Origin: Vibrio vulnificus CMCP6
Lineage (GTDB): Bacteria > Pseudomonadota > Gammaproteobacteria > Enterobacterales > Vibrionaceae
NCBI RefSeq assembly: GCF_000039765.1
Contig: NC_004460.2
Location: 540,001 to 572,000, forward strand
Reading direction: 5' to 3'
Length of the DNA stretch: 32,000 bases
Each line of letters starts with the position of its first letter. Positions within the stretch are counted from its first letter, which is position 1. The notes beneath the pieces were generated by a model that did not search any database, was not told the origin of the DNA, and saw only the letters and a list, made by a program, of their open reading frames with translations. The position numbers and the translations under genes are program-made. Below, in pieces: positions 19,505 to 27,830 of this stretch.

Positions 19505-19550
19505 AAACCAAAGCAAAGTTCGAATTGCTACCCAAATTCAAACTTTGCTT
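19505..19550 (-). terminator. Expression-platform hairpin / candidate intrinsic terminator in the antiporter leader
   Basis: Minus-strand RNA AAGCAAAGUUUGAAUU-UGGGUAGC-AAUUCGAACUUUGCUU forms a 16-bp stem (one G-U pair) followed by UGGUUU. Its first 4 nt (AAGC) are shared with the 3' strand of the proposed riboswitch P1. Confidence 0.45.
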
Positions 19551-19650
19551 AAGTCTTGCCAGAACAGATGAACGTGAATACCACAAGCATTAAGCTCGGA
19601 GACTGTTGATATTCACTCCTCAAACCATGAGGAAGGCTACTCCCTTAAGC
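19547..19650 (-). promoter_or_regulatory. Candidate yybP-ykoY (Mn2+) riboswitch aptamer
   Basis: The minus-strand RNA starts GCUUAAG-GGAGUAG-CC and ends GG-CAAGAC-UUAAGC. This gives a perfect 7-bp P1 flanking the two conserved yybP-ykoY loop strings as I recall them from the L. lactis/B. subtilis examples (GGGGAGUAG ... AGCAAGAC). Internal hairpins are UUCCUCA/UGAGGAG and GUGAAUAU/GUAUUCAC. I could not verify the L3 consensus. Confidence 0.55.
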
Positions 19651-19720
19651 GGCGCTATTCTATTACCAAACCACGAGAAAAGAAAACAAATTGATCGTCA
19701 TAAGATCAAACACCAGTTAA

Positions 19721-19742
19721 ACACTAGACGACTGGTCTAATA
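19721..19742. promoter_or_regulatory. Candidate TetR operator, copy 1 (upstream of tetR)
   Basis: ACACTAGACGACTGGTCTAATA contains the inverted repeat TAGAC-N5-GTCTA. It overlaps a -10-like TAATAT (19738-19743). It matches copy 2 at 21 of 22 positions. Confidence 0.55.
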
Positions 19743-19760
19743 TCCTTTATAGTGCCGCTC

Positions 19761-20345
19761 ATGAATACGAAAACCAATGACACTCGCCAACACATTCTTG
19801 ACGTTGGCTATCAACTCGTCGTCAACCAGGGCTTTACTGCCGTGGGATTGTCGCAATTGTTGAAAGAAGCAGGCGTGCCGAAAGGCTCGTTTTATCATTA
19901 CTTCAAGTCGAAAGAGCAATTTGGCCAAGCATTGATTGAGGAATATTTTCATCAATACCTTGCTCGCTTAGAGGCGCATTTTAACCAGCAAAATGACTCT
20001 GGTTTTGACAACCTTATCTCGTATTTTTCTCGTTGGCTTTCCATTGAAAATGGTGTGTGTAATGCCAATCGCTGTCTTGTGGTGAAGCTCAGTGCTGAGG
20101 TATCTGACCTATCTGAAGCGATGCGTCATACACTTTCGCAAGGTGCACAACGCGTTATTCTGGCGTTGGCAAGCGCAGTACAAACTGGCATTGATGATGG
20201 TTCGATCTCGGTAAACAATGCCACGGCTACCGCACAACAGCTTTATCAACAATGGCTAGGTGCCAGCTTGTTGAATAAGTTAATGCAGGATCAAACGCAT
20301 TTAGAACAGTGCTTAGCCAGCACCAAACAGATACTCAAAAGGTAA
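19761..20345 (+). CDS. TetR/AcrR-family transcriptional regulator
   Basis: N-terminal HTH (ILDVGYQLVVNQGFTAVGLSQLLKEAGVPKGSFYHYFKSKE). ATG is at 19761 and an in-frame GTG at 19752. Neither start has a recognisable SD. Confidence 0.85.
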   Translation: MNTKTNDTRQHILDVGYQLVVNQGFTAVGLSQLLKEAGVPKGSFYHYFKSKEQFGQALIEEYFHQYLARLEAHFNQQNDSGFDNLISYFSRWLSIENGVCNANRCLVVKLSAEVSDLSEAMRHTLSQGAQRVILALASAVQTGIDDGSISVNNATATAQQLYQQWLGASLLNKLMQDQTHLEQCLASTKQILKR

Positions 20346-20367
20346 CGTTCAAACACGTTATCGACAC

Positions 20368-20391
20368 CCCGCCTTGCTGGCGGGATTTTTT
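20368..20391 (+). terminator. Rho-independent terminator after tetR
   Basis: Stem CCCGCC / GGCGGG, 5-nt loop, followed by ATTTTTT. Confidence 0.7.
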
Positions 20392-20399
20392 GAAACAAA

Positions 20400-20421
20400 C
20401 ACTAGACGACCGGTCTAATAA
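20400..20421. promoter_or_regulatory. Candidate TetR operator, copy 2 (upstream of curA)
   Basis: ACACTAGACGACCGGTCTAATA differs by one base from copy 1. It ends 11 nt before the curA ATG region (AAGGAAG SD at 20421-20427). Confidence 0.55.
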
Positions 20422-20432
20422 AGGAAGAATAG

Positions 20433-21464
20433 ATGACTCAACCTACAAACCGTCAAATCGTGCTCGCGTCCCGCCCAGTAGGCGCACCAACCGCAGACAA
20501 CTTTGCGCTTACACAGAGTGACATCCCAACGCCAGCCCAAGGTGAAATGCTGCTACGCTCTGTTTATCTGTCACTCGATCCCTACATGCGTGGCCGCATG
20601 AGTGATGCCAAATCGTATGCCGAACCCGTTGGTATCGATGAAGTCATGGTCGGTGGCACGGTTTGCCAAGTTGAAGCATCCAACCACGCCGAGTTTGAAG
20701 TGGGTGAATGGGTGTTGGCTTACACAGGTTGGCAAGATTATGCGCTATCCGACGGTGAAGGCTTGATCAAATTAGGCAAACAGCCTAGCCACCCTTCTTA
20801 TGCACTTGGTGTGATGGGCATGCCTGGATTTACTGCCTACATGGGCCTATTGGATATTGGTCAACCCAAAGAAGGGGACACATTGGTGGTTGCCGCAGCA
20901 ACAGGCGCGGTCGGCTCTATGGTGGGACAAATTGGTAAACTCAAGGGCTGCCGCGTCATTGGTATCGCCGGTGGCGAAGAAAAATGCCAATTTGCTAAAG
21001 AAACACTGGGCTTTGATGAATGTATCGACCACAAAGCGACTGACTTTGCCGAGCAATTAGCAAAAGTATGCCACAACGGAATCGACATCTATTTTGAAAA
21101 CGTCGGCGGAAAGGTCTTTGATGCTGTGATGCCGTTGCTTAACACTGGTGCGCGCATTCCACTGTGTGGTTTGATTTCCCAGTACAACGCCACATCTCTA
21201 CCAGAAGGTCCAGATCGCATGTCTATGCTGATGGCGCAACTGTTGATCAAACGCATCAAGATGCAAGGTTTCATCATTTTTGATGATTACGGCCATCGCT
21301 ATGGTGAGTTTGCCGCGGACATGACCCAATGGCTAGCACAAGGAAAAATTCACTATCGTGAACATCTTGTCCAAGGGCTGGAAAACGCGCCTGACGCCTT
21401 TATTGGCCTGCTTGAAGGGAAAAACTTCGGCAAAATGGTCGTCCAAACCAATCAACCACGCTAG
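20433..21464 (+). CDS. curA: NADPH-dependent enone/curcumin reductase (medium-chain dehydrogenase, YncB/CurA type)
   Basis: 343 aa, collinear with E. coli CurA/YncB as I recall it (VLASRP.GAP, YLSLDPYMRGRM, GMPGFTAYMGLLDIGQPKEG.TLVVAAATG, IHYRE...GLENAP..FIGLL.GKNFGK). Confidence 0.9.
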   Translation: MTQPTNRQIVLASRPVGAPTADNFALTQSDIPTPAQGEMLLRSVYLSLDPYMRGRMSDAKSYAEPVGIDEVMVGGTVCQVEASNHAEFEVGEWVLAYTGWQDYALSDGEGLIKLGKQPSHPSYALGVMGMPGFTAYMGLLDIGQPKEGDTLVVAAATGAVGSMVGQIGKLKGCRVIGIAGGEEKCQFAKETLGFDECIDHKATDFAEQLAKVCHNGIDIYFENVGGKVFDAVMPLLNTGARIPLCGLISQYNATSLPEGPDRMSMLMAQLLIKRIKMQGFIIFDDYGHRYGEFAADMTQWLAQGKIHYREHLVQGLENAPDAFIGLLEGKNFGKMVVQTNQPR

Positions 21465-21473
21465 GAGCTAGGT

Positions 21474-22091
21474 ATGATCACTCTACATCATCTCAACAAA
21501 TCCCGTTCAAAGCGTATCATTTGGTTGCTGGAAGAGCTGGGCGTTGACTATCAAGTTGTCGCCTACCAGCGAGACAGCGTGACGTTTTTAGCACCACCAG
21601 AGCTGAAAGCGATCCACCCACTAGGCAAATCACCGGTCATCGAAGCCGATGGTAAAGTGATTGCTGAGTCAGGCGCGATCACCGAATACCTCATTGCCAA
21701 ACACGCCCCACTGCGATTGGCTCCAGCACCAGAGAGCGCTGAGTACGTGGAATATCTGCAATGGCTGCATTTTGCGGAAAGCTCCGGCATTTTGCCTTTG
21801 CTGCTTAAAGTCTTTTTAACCAAAGATGGCGCGCAAACGCAGTTTCTTGCTCAGTACGCAGATGCGGAGATCAACAAAGTGGTGGGTTATCTCGACCAAA
21901 GCTTGCAGGGCAAAAACTACCTTGTTGGTGAGACGCTCTCCGGTGCCGACATCATGAACTCGTTCATTGTCGAGATTGTGCAGCAATTTGGTTTGCTTGA
22001 GCAGTATCCGAACCTTGCCCGTTACTCGGATACACTCGCCAGCCACCCAAGCTTTGTTAAAGCGCAAGCGCTGGAACAACAATACAATTAA
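21474..22091 (+). CDS. Glutathione S-transferase
   Basis: 205 aa. N-terminal thioredoxin-like GST domain (SRSKRIIWLLEELGVDY..., HPLGKSPVIE) and C-terminal helical domain. Starts 9 bp after curA. Confidence 0.85.
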   Translation: MITLHHLNKSRSKRIIWLLEELGVDYQVVAYQRDSVTFLAPPELKAIHPLGKSPVIEADGKVIAESGAITEYLIAKHAPLRLAPAPESAEYVEYLQWLHFAESSGILPLLLKVFLTKDGAQTQFLAQYADAEINKVVGYLDQSLQGKNYLVGETLSGADIMNSFIVEIVQQFGLLEQYPNLARYSDTLASHPSFVKAQALEQQYN

Positions 22092-22112
22092 TGCCTTTTA
22101 AACACTGCCTTT

Positions 22113-22141
22113 GCCAGCCGCTGATACGGCTGGCTTTTTTT
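22113..22141 (+). terminator. Rho-independent terminator after gst
   Basis: Stem GCCAGCCG / CGGCTGGC, 6-nt loop, followed by TTTTTTT. Confidence 0.85.
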
Positions 22142-22245
22142 CTCTAATGCGAATAAAACCACCTATTTTCGCGATGATTTAACACAAACCCCAATCCATT
22201 CTGTATAGTAGCGAGCAAAGAAATTGACTCAAAAATGAGGAAGTA

Positions 22246-22506
22246 ATGAGAACAACATTATTGGCCCTGCTAAGCGTACTCGCCCTTTCAGCTTGCAGTG
22301 AAGTAGGCAGTGAAAGCTGGTGCAACGACATGCGCGATAAGCCGAAAAGCGAATGGAATGGACAAAATACGCTAGACTTTGCCAAGCACTGCCTACTCAA
22401 CAACGAGATTGGTAGCAAGAGTTGGTGTGAAGATATGGATGAAAAATCCAAAGGCGATTGGACGGCTAAAGAAGCCACCTCTTACGCTAAGTATTGCGTA
22501 CTTTAG
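22246..22506 (+). CDS. Small lipoprotein with two tandem Cys-containing repeats (DUF3012-like by recollection)
   Basis: Lipobox LALSAC after a signal peptide. The mature part is two roughly 30-aa repeats (GSESWCNDMRDKPKSEWNGQNTLDFAKHCL / GSKSWCEDMDEKSKGDWTAKEATSYAKYCV). Confidence 0.75.
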   Translation: MRTTLLALLSVLALSACSEVGSESWCNDMRDKPKSEWNGQNTLDFAKHCLLNNEIGSKSWCEDMDEKSKGDWTAKEATSYAKYCVL

Positions 22507-22515
22507 TTGTTAGAT

Positions 22516-22545
22516 ATCAGAGCCACCTTTGGCTCTGATTTACTT
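22516..22545 (+). terminator. Terminator-like hairpin after the lipoprotein gene
   Basis: Stem ATCAGAGCC / GGCTCTGAT, 6-nt loop, followed by TTACTTTGATT (interrupted T-tract). Confidence 0.6.
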
Positions 22546-22571
22546 TGATTCTCAGATCCCTCTCTTATATT

Positions 22572-22593
22572 CAATGTGACTCTTTTCACGCTT
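22572..22593 (+). promoter_or_regulatory. CRP (cAMP receptor protein) site of the uhpT promoter
   Basis: caaTGTGActctttTCACGctt matches TGTGA-N6-TCACA at 9 of 10 core positions. Its centre at 22582.5 is about -103.5 relative to the TSS predicted from the -10 below. Confidence 0.6.
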
Positions 22594-22613
22594 TCTCTCC
22601 AACTTTACTGTTT

Positions 22614-22630
22614 CTAGGAATTTTTCCTAG
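22614..22630 (+). promoter_or_regulatory. Candidate UhpA binding palindrome
   Basis: CTAGGAA-TTT-TTCCTAG is a perfect 7-bp inverted repeat. Its centre at 22622 is about -64 relative to the predicted TSS. No -35 element is evident, as expected for an activator-dependent promoter. Confidence 0.5.
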
Positions 22631-22673
22631 GCGATCTAAGCCCTCCTCTCATGTGGTTTGCTCTTTCGCTCTC

Positions 22674-22679
22674 TAGAAT
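22674..22679 (+). promoter_or_regulatory. Putative -10 hexamer of uhpT
   Basis: TAGAAT lies 60 nt upstream of the uhpT ATG. The predicted TSS is near 22686. Confidence 0.4.
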
Positions 22680-22738
22680 CGTCGCCAGTTAATGACAAAA
22701 GTTCACCTGTGTACGACACAATGACAAGAGAGTTCACA

Positions 22739-24136
22739 ATGTTAAAATTCCTTGAACAAGTGCGGAAGCCGACCCTCGACCTTCCAGTCGAAGTAAGACG
22801 CAAAATGTGGTTTAAGCCGTTTATCCAATCTTACCTTGTGGTATTTATTGGTTACTTGACCATGTATTTGATCCGCAAAAACTTCAACGTCGCGCAAAAC
22901 GACATGATCTCCACTTACGGTTTAAGCATGACCGATTTGGGTCTGATTGGTCTTGGTTTTTCGATTACTTACGGTATCGGTAAAACCGTCGTTTCCTACT
23001 ACGCTGACGGCAAAAACACCAAGCAGTTTCTCCCTTTCATGCTGATCCTTTCTGGTCTTGCCATGCTTGGTTTCAGCTTCAGCATGGGCGGTGGCAGCGC
23101 CAGCTTGTTCTTGATGGTGGCGTTCTACGCGCTCAGTGGTTTCTTCCAAAGTACGGGTGGCCCTTCTAGTTACTCAACCATCACGAAGTGGACACCACGC
23201 AACAAACGTGGTTCTTACCTAGGTCTTTGGAACATGTCGCACAACGTGGGTGGTGCTGGTGCGGCTGGTGTTGCCCTGTTCGGTGCTAACTACCTATTCG
23301 ATGGCCACGTCATTGGTATGTTTGTTTTCCCTTCTATCATCGCCATCATCGTTGGTTTCATCGGCATGCGCTTTGGTAGTGACTCACCTGAGGCTTATGG
23401 CCTAGGTAAAGTTGAAGAACTTTTTGATGAAGCCATCAGCGAAGAAGATACTGCGGCTGAAGAAAATCAAATGACCAAGAAAGAGATCTTTGTTGAGTAT
23501 GTACTGAAAAACAAAGTGATCTGGCTACTTTGCTTTGCCAATATCTTCCTTTACATCGTGCGTATCGGTATCGACCAATGGTCAACGGTTTACGCGTACC
23601 AAGAACTTGGTCTATCAAAAGAAGCGGCAATCTCCGGTTTTACCCTATTCGAAGTGGGCGCACTCGTCGGTACGCTAATGTGGGGTTACCTTTCTGACTT
23701 GGCGAACGGTCGTCGTGCTTTAGTGGCGTGTGTGTCTCTTGCTTTGATCATCGTATCCCTTGAGTTCTACCAACACGCAACAAGCGAATTCATGTACTTA
23801 GCATCGCTATTTGTTCTTGGTTTCCTCGTGTTTGGTCCTCAACTGCTTATCGGTGTTGCTGCGGTTGGCTTTGTTCCTAAGAAAGCCATCAGTGTGGCAG
23901 ATGGCGTAAAAGGCACCTTCGCTTACCTAATCGGTGACAGCTTTGCCAAACTTGGTCTTGGTATGATTGCAGACGGTACACCAATCTTTGGTTTGACCGG
24001 TTGGAAAGGCACCTTCGCGGCACTGGATACCTCAGCGATGATTTGTATTGTCCTTCTTGCCTTCGTTGCTATCGCAGAAGAGAAAAAGATTCGACATAAC
24101 AAGAAGAAACTTGAACTCGCGGCCAGCCAGTCTTAA
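22739..24136 (+). CDS. uhpT: Hexose-6-phosphate:phosphate antiporter
   Basis: Near-collinear with E. coli UhpT as I recall it ([59 protein letters not shown]). ATG 22739 aligns with the E. coli start. The ORF-track TTG at 22658 adds 27 unrelated codons. Confidence 0.95.
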   Translation: MLKFLEQVRKPTLDLPVEVRRKMWFKPFIQSYLVVFIGYLTMYLIRKNFNVAQNDMISTYGLSMTDLGLIGLGFSITYGIGKTVVSYYADGKNTKQFLPFMLILSGLAMLGFSFSMGGGSASLFLMVAFYALSGFFQSTGGPSSYSTITKWTPRNKRGSYLGLWNMSHNVGGAGAAGVALFGANYLFDGHVIGMFVFPSIIAIIVGFIGMRFGSDSPEAYGLGKVEELFDEAISEEDTAAEENQMTKKEIFVEYVLKNKVIWLLCFANIFLYIVRIGIDQWSTVYAYQELGLSKEAAISGFTLFEVGALVGTLMWGYLSDLANGRRALVACVSLALIIVSLEFYQHATSEFMYLASLFVLGFLVFGPQLLIGVAAVGFVPKKAISVADGVKGTFAYLIGDSFAKLGLGMIADGTPIFGLTGWKGTFAALDTSAMICIVLLAFVAIAEEKKIRHNKKKLELAASQS

Positions 24137-24142
24137 TTCATC

Positions 24143-24169
24143 AGCGCGCTTTGTCCTGCAAAGCGCGCT
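24143..24169. other. Strong hairpin between uhpT and uhpA (no U-tract)
   Basis: 11-bp stem AGCGCGCTTTG / CAAAGCGCGCT with a 5-nt loop, 7 nt after the uhpT stop. No flanking T-run on either strand. Confidence 0.5.
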
Positions 24170-24269
24170 AGATCATTAAAACCAAGATGTCGATTTAGTA
24201 TCATAGTCCGTTTTTACTTGAGCTCGTATGAGCTCGCTGTCGTTTGTGTATTGCTGAAATGTGGTTGTT

Positions 24270-24881
24270 ATGATGATTAACGTAGCGCTTGTGGATGACC
24301 ATGTCATTGTTCGTTCTGGTTTTGCCCAACTATTAAATCTTGAGGCGGACATTTGCGTTGTCGGAGAATTTGGCTCCGTCGCGGACGCACGAATCGGCTT
24401 ACCTGCGTGCAAGCCAGATGTTGTGATTCTCGATATCTCAATGGCGGATGAAAGCGGCCTAACGTTACTCAGTGAAATTCCATCCGGCATTGCCTGCATC
24501 ATGTTGAGCGTGCACGACTCCCCTGCCATGGTGGAAAAATCGCTCAAACTGGGTGCCAAAGGTTATTTAAGCAAACGTTGCAGCCCTGATGAACTGGTTC
24601 AAGCGGTGAGAACCAGCGCGGCAGGTGGTTGTTACCTTACTCCAGACATCGCAATGAAGCTTGCCACACCGAACGATAAAGCCACCAGCCTCACCCAACT
24701 CACGCGCCGAGAAAACGAAGTGTGTCAGTTGCTAGCGCGAGGGTTGGATGTGAAGTCCATCGCTGCCGAACTGGGGTTAAGCCACAAAACGGTTCATGTT
24801 CACCGTGCTAACGCCATCGACAAGCTGGGCGTAAAAAACAACGTCGAGCTGGCAAAACTGTTCTCTCAAGAGTCATTTTAA
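24270..24881 (+). CDS. uhpA: Response regulator UhpA (NarL/FixJ family)
   Basis: M(M)[20 protein letters not shown]..., [21 protein letters not shown] and GCYLTPDIA are collinear with E. coli UhpA. Tandem ATGs at 24270/24273; the ORF-track GTG is at 24261. Confidence 0.9.
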   Translation: MMINVALVDDHVIVRSGFAQLLNLEADICVVGEFGSVADARIGLPACKPDVVILDISMADESGLTLLSEIPSGIACIMLSVHDSPAMVEKSLKLGAKGYLSKRCSPDELVQAVRTSAAGGCYLTPDIAMKLATPNDKATSLTQLTRRENEVCQLLARGLDVKSIAAELGLSHKTVHVHRANAIDKLGVKNNVELAKLFSQESF

Positions 24882-26380
24882 TGCGCAGTTACACCATCAC
24901 ATCACTGTGCGGTTTTTTCATGACCGCTTGTGCTTGGTTTTGTCTGTGGGTGATCGCCTACTACTTTGTCAATGACGCAGAGTTGGCTATTTTGCTGTTC
25001 CCATTTGCGCTGCGACTCGGCATCACGCTACACACTCACACCCGATTTTGGCCAACCATCTACTTGGCGGAATGGGGATTAACCGTTGCGCTGGCCTTAT
25101 TGCTTGATCAGCCACAGTGGTTAATGGTGTTGGTCGCGAGCGTCTTAAGCATCCCGGTTGTCTGCCTAGCGAAGAAATACTACCGAGGCGATCACAACCA
25201 GCATTTGGCGATCATGGCGGTCATTATTGTCATCACTGCGTCCATCAACGTGCTGGCCGTGGGTTTTCATGTTCAATCGGTCTACATGGTCTGGCTTGCC
25301 AGCGTTACTGGCGGTTTGATGCTCTTGCCTATGTGTTATTTGCTCTGGAACTATTTGTTTCAAAGTCCATGGTCTCCGCTCACCTCAAACCTGCTCGCCA
25401 ATACCGTGGAATTTAAGGTGCGCCACATCGTTTTGTATACGGTGTTACTCATCACCAGTATTTTGATTCAAACCAGTTTGCCGGATGAATTAAAACGATT
25501 CGCGCCGTTTTGCATGGCGATTCCGATCATCGTGTTGGCGCTACGCTACGGCTGGCAAGGCGCGCTATTGGCCACCATGCTGAACAGTGTGGCGCTGATT
25601 GCTGCACGCAGTGGTGTTTCCAATTTAGAAATCACCGATTTGTTGCTATCTCTGTCAGCACAAACCTTAACCGGCATCATGCTCGGCTTGGCGGTGCAAA
25701 AACAGAAGGATCTCAACCAACAACTGCGCGGAGAGCTATCGCGTAACCAAACGCTCTCCCGTCAGTTGATTCAAGCGGAAGAATCGGTACGCCGAGATGT
25801 GGCGCGAGAACTTCATGATGAAATTGGCCAAAACATTACCGCAATTCGAACGCAAGCGAGCATCATCAAACGTATCGACAACCTCGAAATGAACATTCGT
25901 TGTGCCGACACCATTGAGCAGCTCTCTCTCAATGTCTACGACACCACTAAGCGTCTCTTAAGCAAGTTGAGACCAAAGATGCTGGATGATTTGGATTTGA
26001 AGGAGTCCGTCGAGCAGCTCACTCGCGAATTGGAATTTGATAATCATGGCACACAAGTTCAACTCGATTGGCAAGGCGATTACCACTCGCTCAGTGACAC
26101 TTTGAAAGTCACCCTCTTCCGTTTGTGCCAAGAGGCACTGAACAATGCCGCCAAATACGCGGAAGCCACGTCCATCGTTATCGAACTGTCCATTAGGGAC
26201 GAGCTTTCTCTCAATATTGCAGACAACGGTATCGGCTTTAAAACCGAAGAGTGCATGAAAGGCATGGGCATTCGCGGTATGCAGGAGCGCGTGCAAGCTT
26301 TGGGCGGAAAAATGTATATCTATTCTCTTAACGACCAAGTGACTGGCGCGCAAATTGCCATCACATTGCCGAAGGTGTAA
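24881..26380 (+). CDS. uhpB: Sensor histidine kinase UhpB
   Basis: 499 aa. Polytopic N-terminal membrane domain, then an H-box (ARELHDEIGQNITAIR) and an HATPase region (ALNNAAKYA, DNGIGF). The ATG overlaps the uhpA stop (TAATG). Confidence 0.9.
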   Translation: MRSYTITSLCGFFMTACAWFCLWVIAYYFVNDAELAILLFPFALRLGITLHTHTRFWPTIYLAEWGLTVALALLLDQPQWLMVLVASVLSIPVVCLAKKYYRGDHNQHLAIMAVIIVITASINVLAVGFHVQSVYMVWLASVTGGLMLLPMCYLLWNYLFQSPWSPLTSNLLANTVEFKVRHIVLYTVLLITSILIQTSLPDELKRFAPFCMAIPIIVLALRYGWQGALLATMLNSVALIAARSGVSNLEITDLLLSLSAQTLTGIMLGLAVQKQKDLNQQLRGELSRNQTLSRQLIQAEESVRRDVARELHDEIGQNITAIRTQASIIKRIDNLEMNIRCADTIEQLSLNVYDTTKRLLSKLRPKMLDDLDLKESVEQLTRELEFDNHGTQVQLDWQGDYHSLSDTLKVTLFRLCQEALNNAAKYAEATSIVIELSIRDELSLNIADNGIGFKTEECMKGMGIRGMQERVQALGGKMYIYSLNDQVTGAQIAITLPKV

Positions 26381-26385
26381 CGCGT

Positions 26386-27726
26386 ATGTTTGGACTGTTT
26401 CAATCTCCGAGCTACACACAAGCTCCCTTGGACAAAAGCCAAGTTGATGAACGTTATCGTTACTGGCGACTGCATATCATGATCGGCATGTACATTGGGT
26501 ACGCGGGCTTTTATTTCACTCGCAAAACCTTCAACTACGCCGCGCCTGCCATGATTGTTGATTTGGGCTTAGACAAAGGCGATCTCGGTTTAATCGGCAC
26601 ACTTTTCTACATCACCTATGGCCTATCGAAGTTTATCTCCGGGACCATTTCTGACCGCTCTAATCCACGTTATTTTATGGGTGTGGGCCTGATCGCCTCA
26701 GGGATTATCAATATCGTGTTTGGTTTTTCCAGCTCGCTGATTGCGCTTTCCATCTTGTGGGTGCTCAACGCTTGGTTCCAAGGTTGGGGATGGCCTTCTT
26801 GTTCCAAACTCCTCACCACCTGGTATTCGCGCTCAGAACGCGGCTTCTTGTGGGCAATTTGGAACACAGCCCACAACGTGGGTGGCGCACTGATCCCATT
26901 ATTGGTCGGCTACCTCACTTTTCATTTCAGTTGGCGTGAAGGCTTTATTGTTCCTGGCATTATCGGCGTGTTACTTGGCCTTATTGTTTGCTGGCGATTA
27001 AGAGATAAACCCACCACTCAGGGGCTGCCAACCGTCGGTCAGTGGCGTCATGATGCGCTCGAACTGGCTCAAGAGAAACATGGCCAAGGACTCAGCTATC
27101 ACGAAATTCTCACGCACTATGTTTTCAACAACAAATACATTTGGTTGCTCGCTTTTAGCTATGTACTGGTTTACATCGTGCGCACCGCAATCAATGACTG
27201 GGGCAATCTCTACCTTACCGAGCAACACCATTACTCTCTGATCAACGCCAACGCTGCATTGTCGATGTTCGAGATCGGTGGCTTTGTTGGTTCTCTCGTA
27301 GCAGGTTGGGGCTCGGATAAACTGTTCGGTGGTAACCGCGGTCCGATGAATCTGCTATTTGCCGCCGGTATTTTCTTGTCTGTTGCTGCGCTGTGGTTAA
27401 TGCCGTTAACCAACTTTGCCTTTCAAGCGGCGGGTTTATTCTCTATTGGCTTCTTCGTGTTTGGCCCACAAATGCTTATCGGCATGGCAGCCGCTGAGTG
27501 TTCTCACAAAGATTCAGCTGGCGCAGCCACGGGTTTTGTTGGTCTGTTTGCCTACATGGGCGCGGCGTTGTCTGGCTACCCGCTTGCACTGATTTTGGAA
27601 GAATACAGCTGGACCGGTTTCTTCGTCACCATCTCTATCTGTGCGGCGGTGATCGGCTTACTGTTGCTGCCCTTTCTTCAAGCTCAACCGTCTCGTAAAC
27701 CACTGGCCCCCAAACTTCGCTTATAG
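26386..27726 (+). CDS. uhpC: MFS sugar-phosphate sensor protein UhpC
   Basis: 446 aa MFS protein of the organophosphate:Pi antiporter family. Paralogous to the uhpT product. Starts 5 bp after uhpB. Confidence 0.9.
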   Translation: MFGLFQSPSYTQAPLDKSQVDERYRYWRLHIMIGMYIGYAGFYFTRKTFNYAAPAMIVDLGLDKGDLGLIGTLFYITYGLSKFISGTISDRSNPRYFMGVGLIASGIINIVFGFSSSLIALSILWVLNAWFQGWGWPSCSKLLTTWYSRSERGFLWAIWNTAHNVGGALIPLLVGYLTFHFSWREGFIVPGIIGVLLGLIVCWRLRDKPTTQGLPTVGQWRHDALELAQEKHGQGLSYHEILTHYVFNNKYIWLLAFSYVLVYIVRTAINDWGNLYLTEQHHYSLINANAALSMFEIGGFVGSLVAGWGSDKLFGGNRGPMNLLFAAGIFLSVAALWLMPLTNFAFQAAGLFSIGFFVFGPQMLIGMAAAECSHKDSAGAATGFVGLFAYMGAALSGYPLALILEEYSWTGFFVTISICAAVIGLLLLPFLQAQPSRKPLAPKLRL

Positions 27727-27830
27727 AGACAACCTCTTTCTTACTTAAGGTGAGCTAAACGCTCACCACCGCTTCCACCACAATTTTTTGCTTCCGATTC
27801 AGTTCGGAGGGTTTTCTACGGGTAAAATTC

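Noticed and set aside
25958-26419. 153-aa minus-strand ORF spanning the uhpB 3' end and the uhpC start
   Set aside because: It is antisense to two strongly supported genes and has no recognisable motifs, so I treat it as a shadow ORF.
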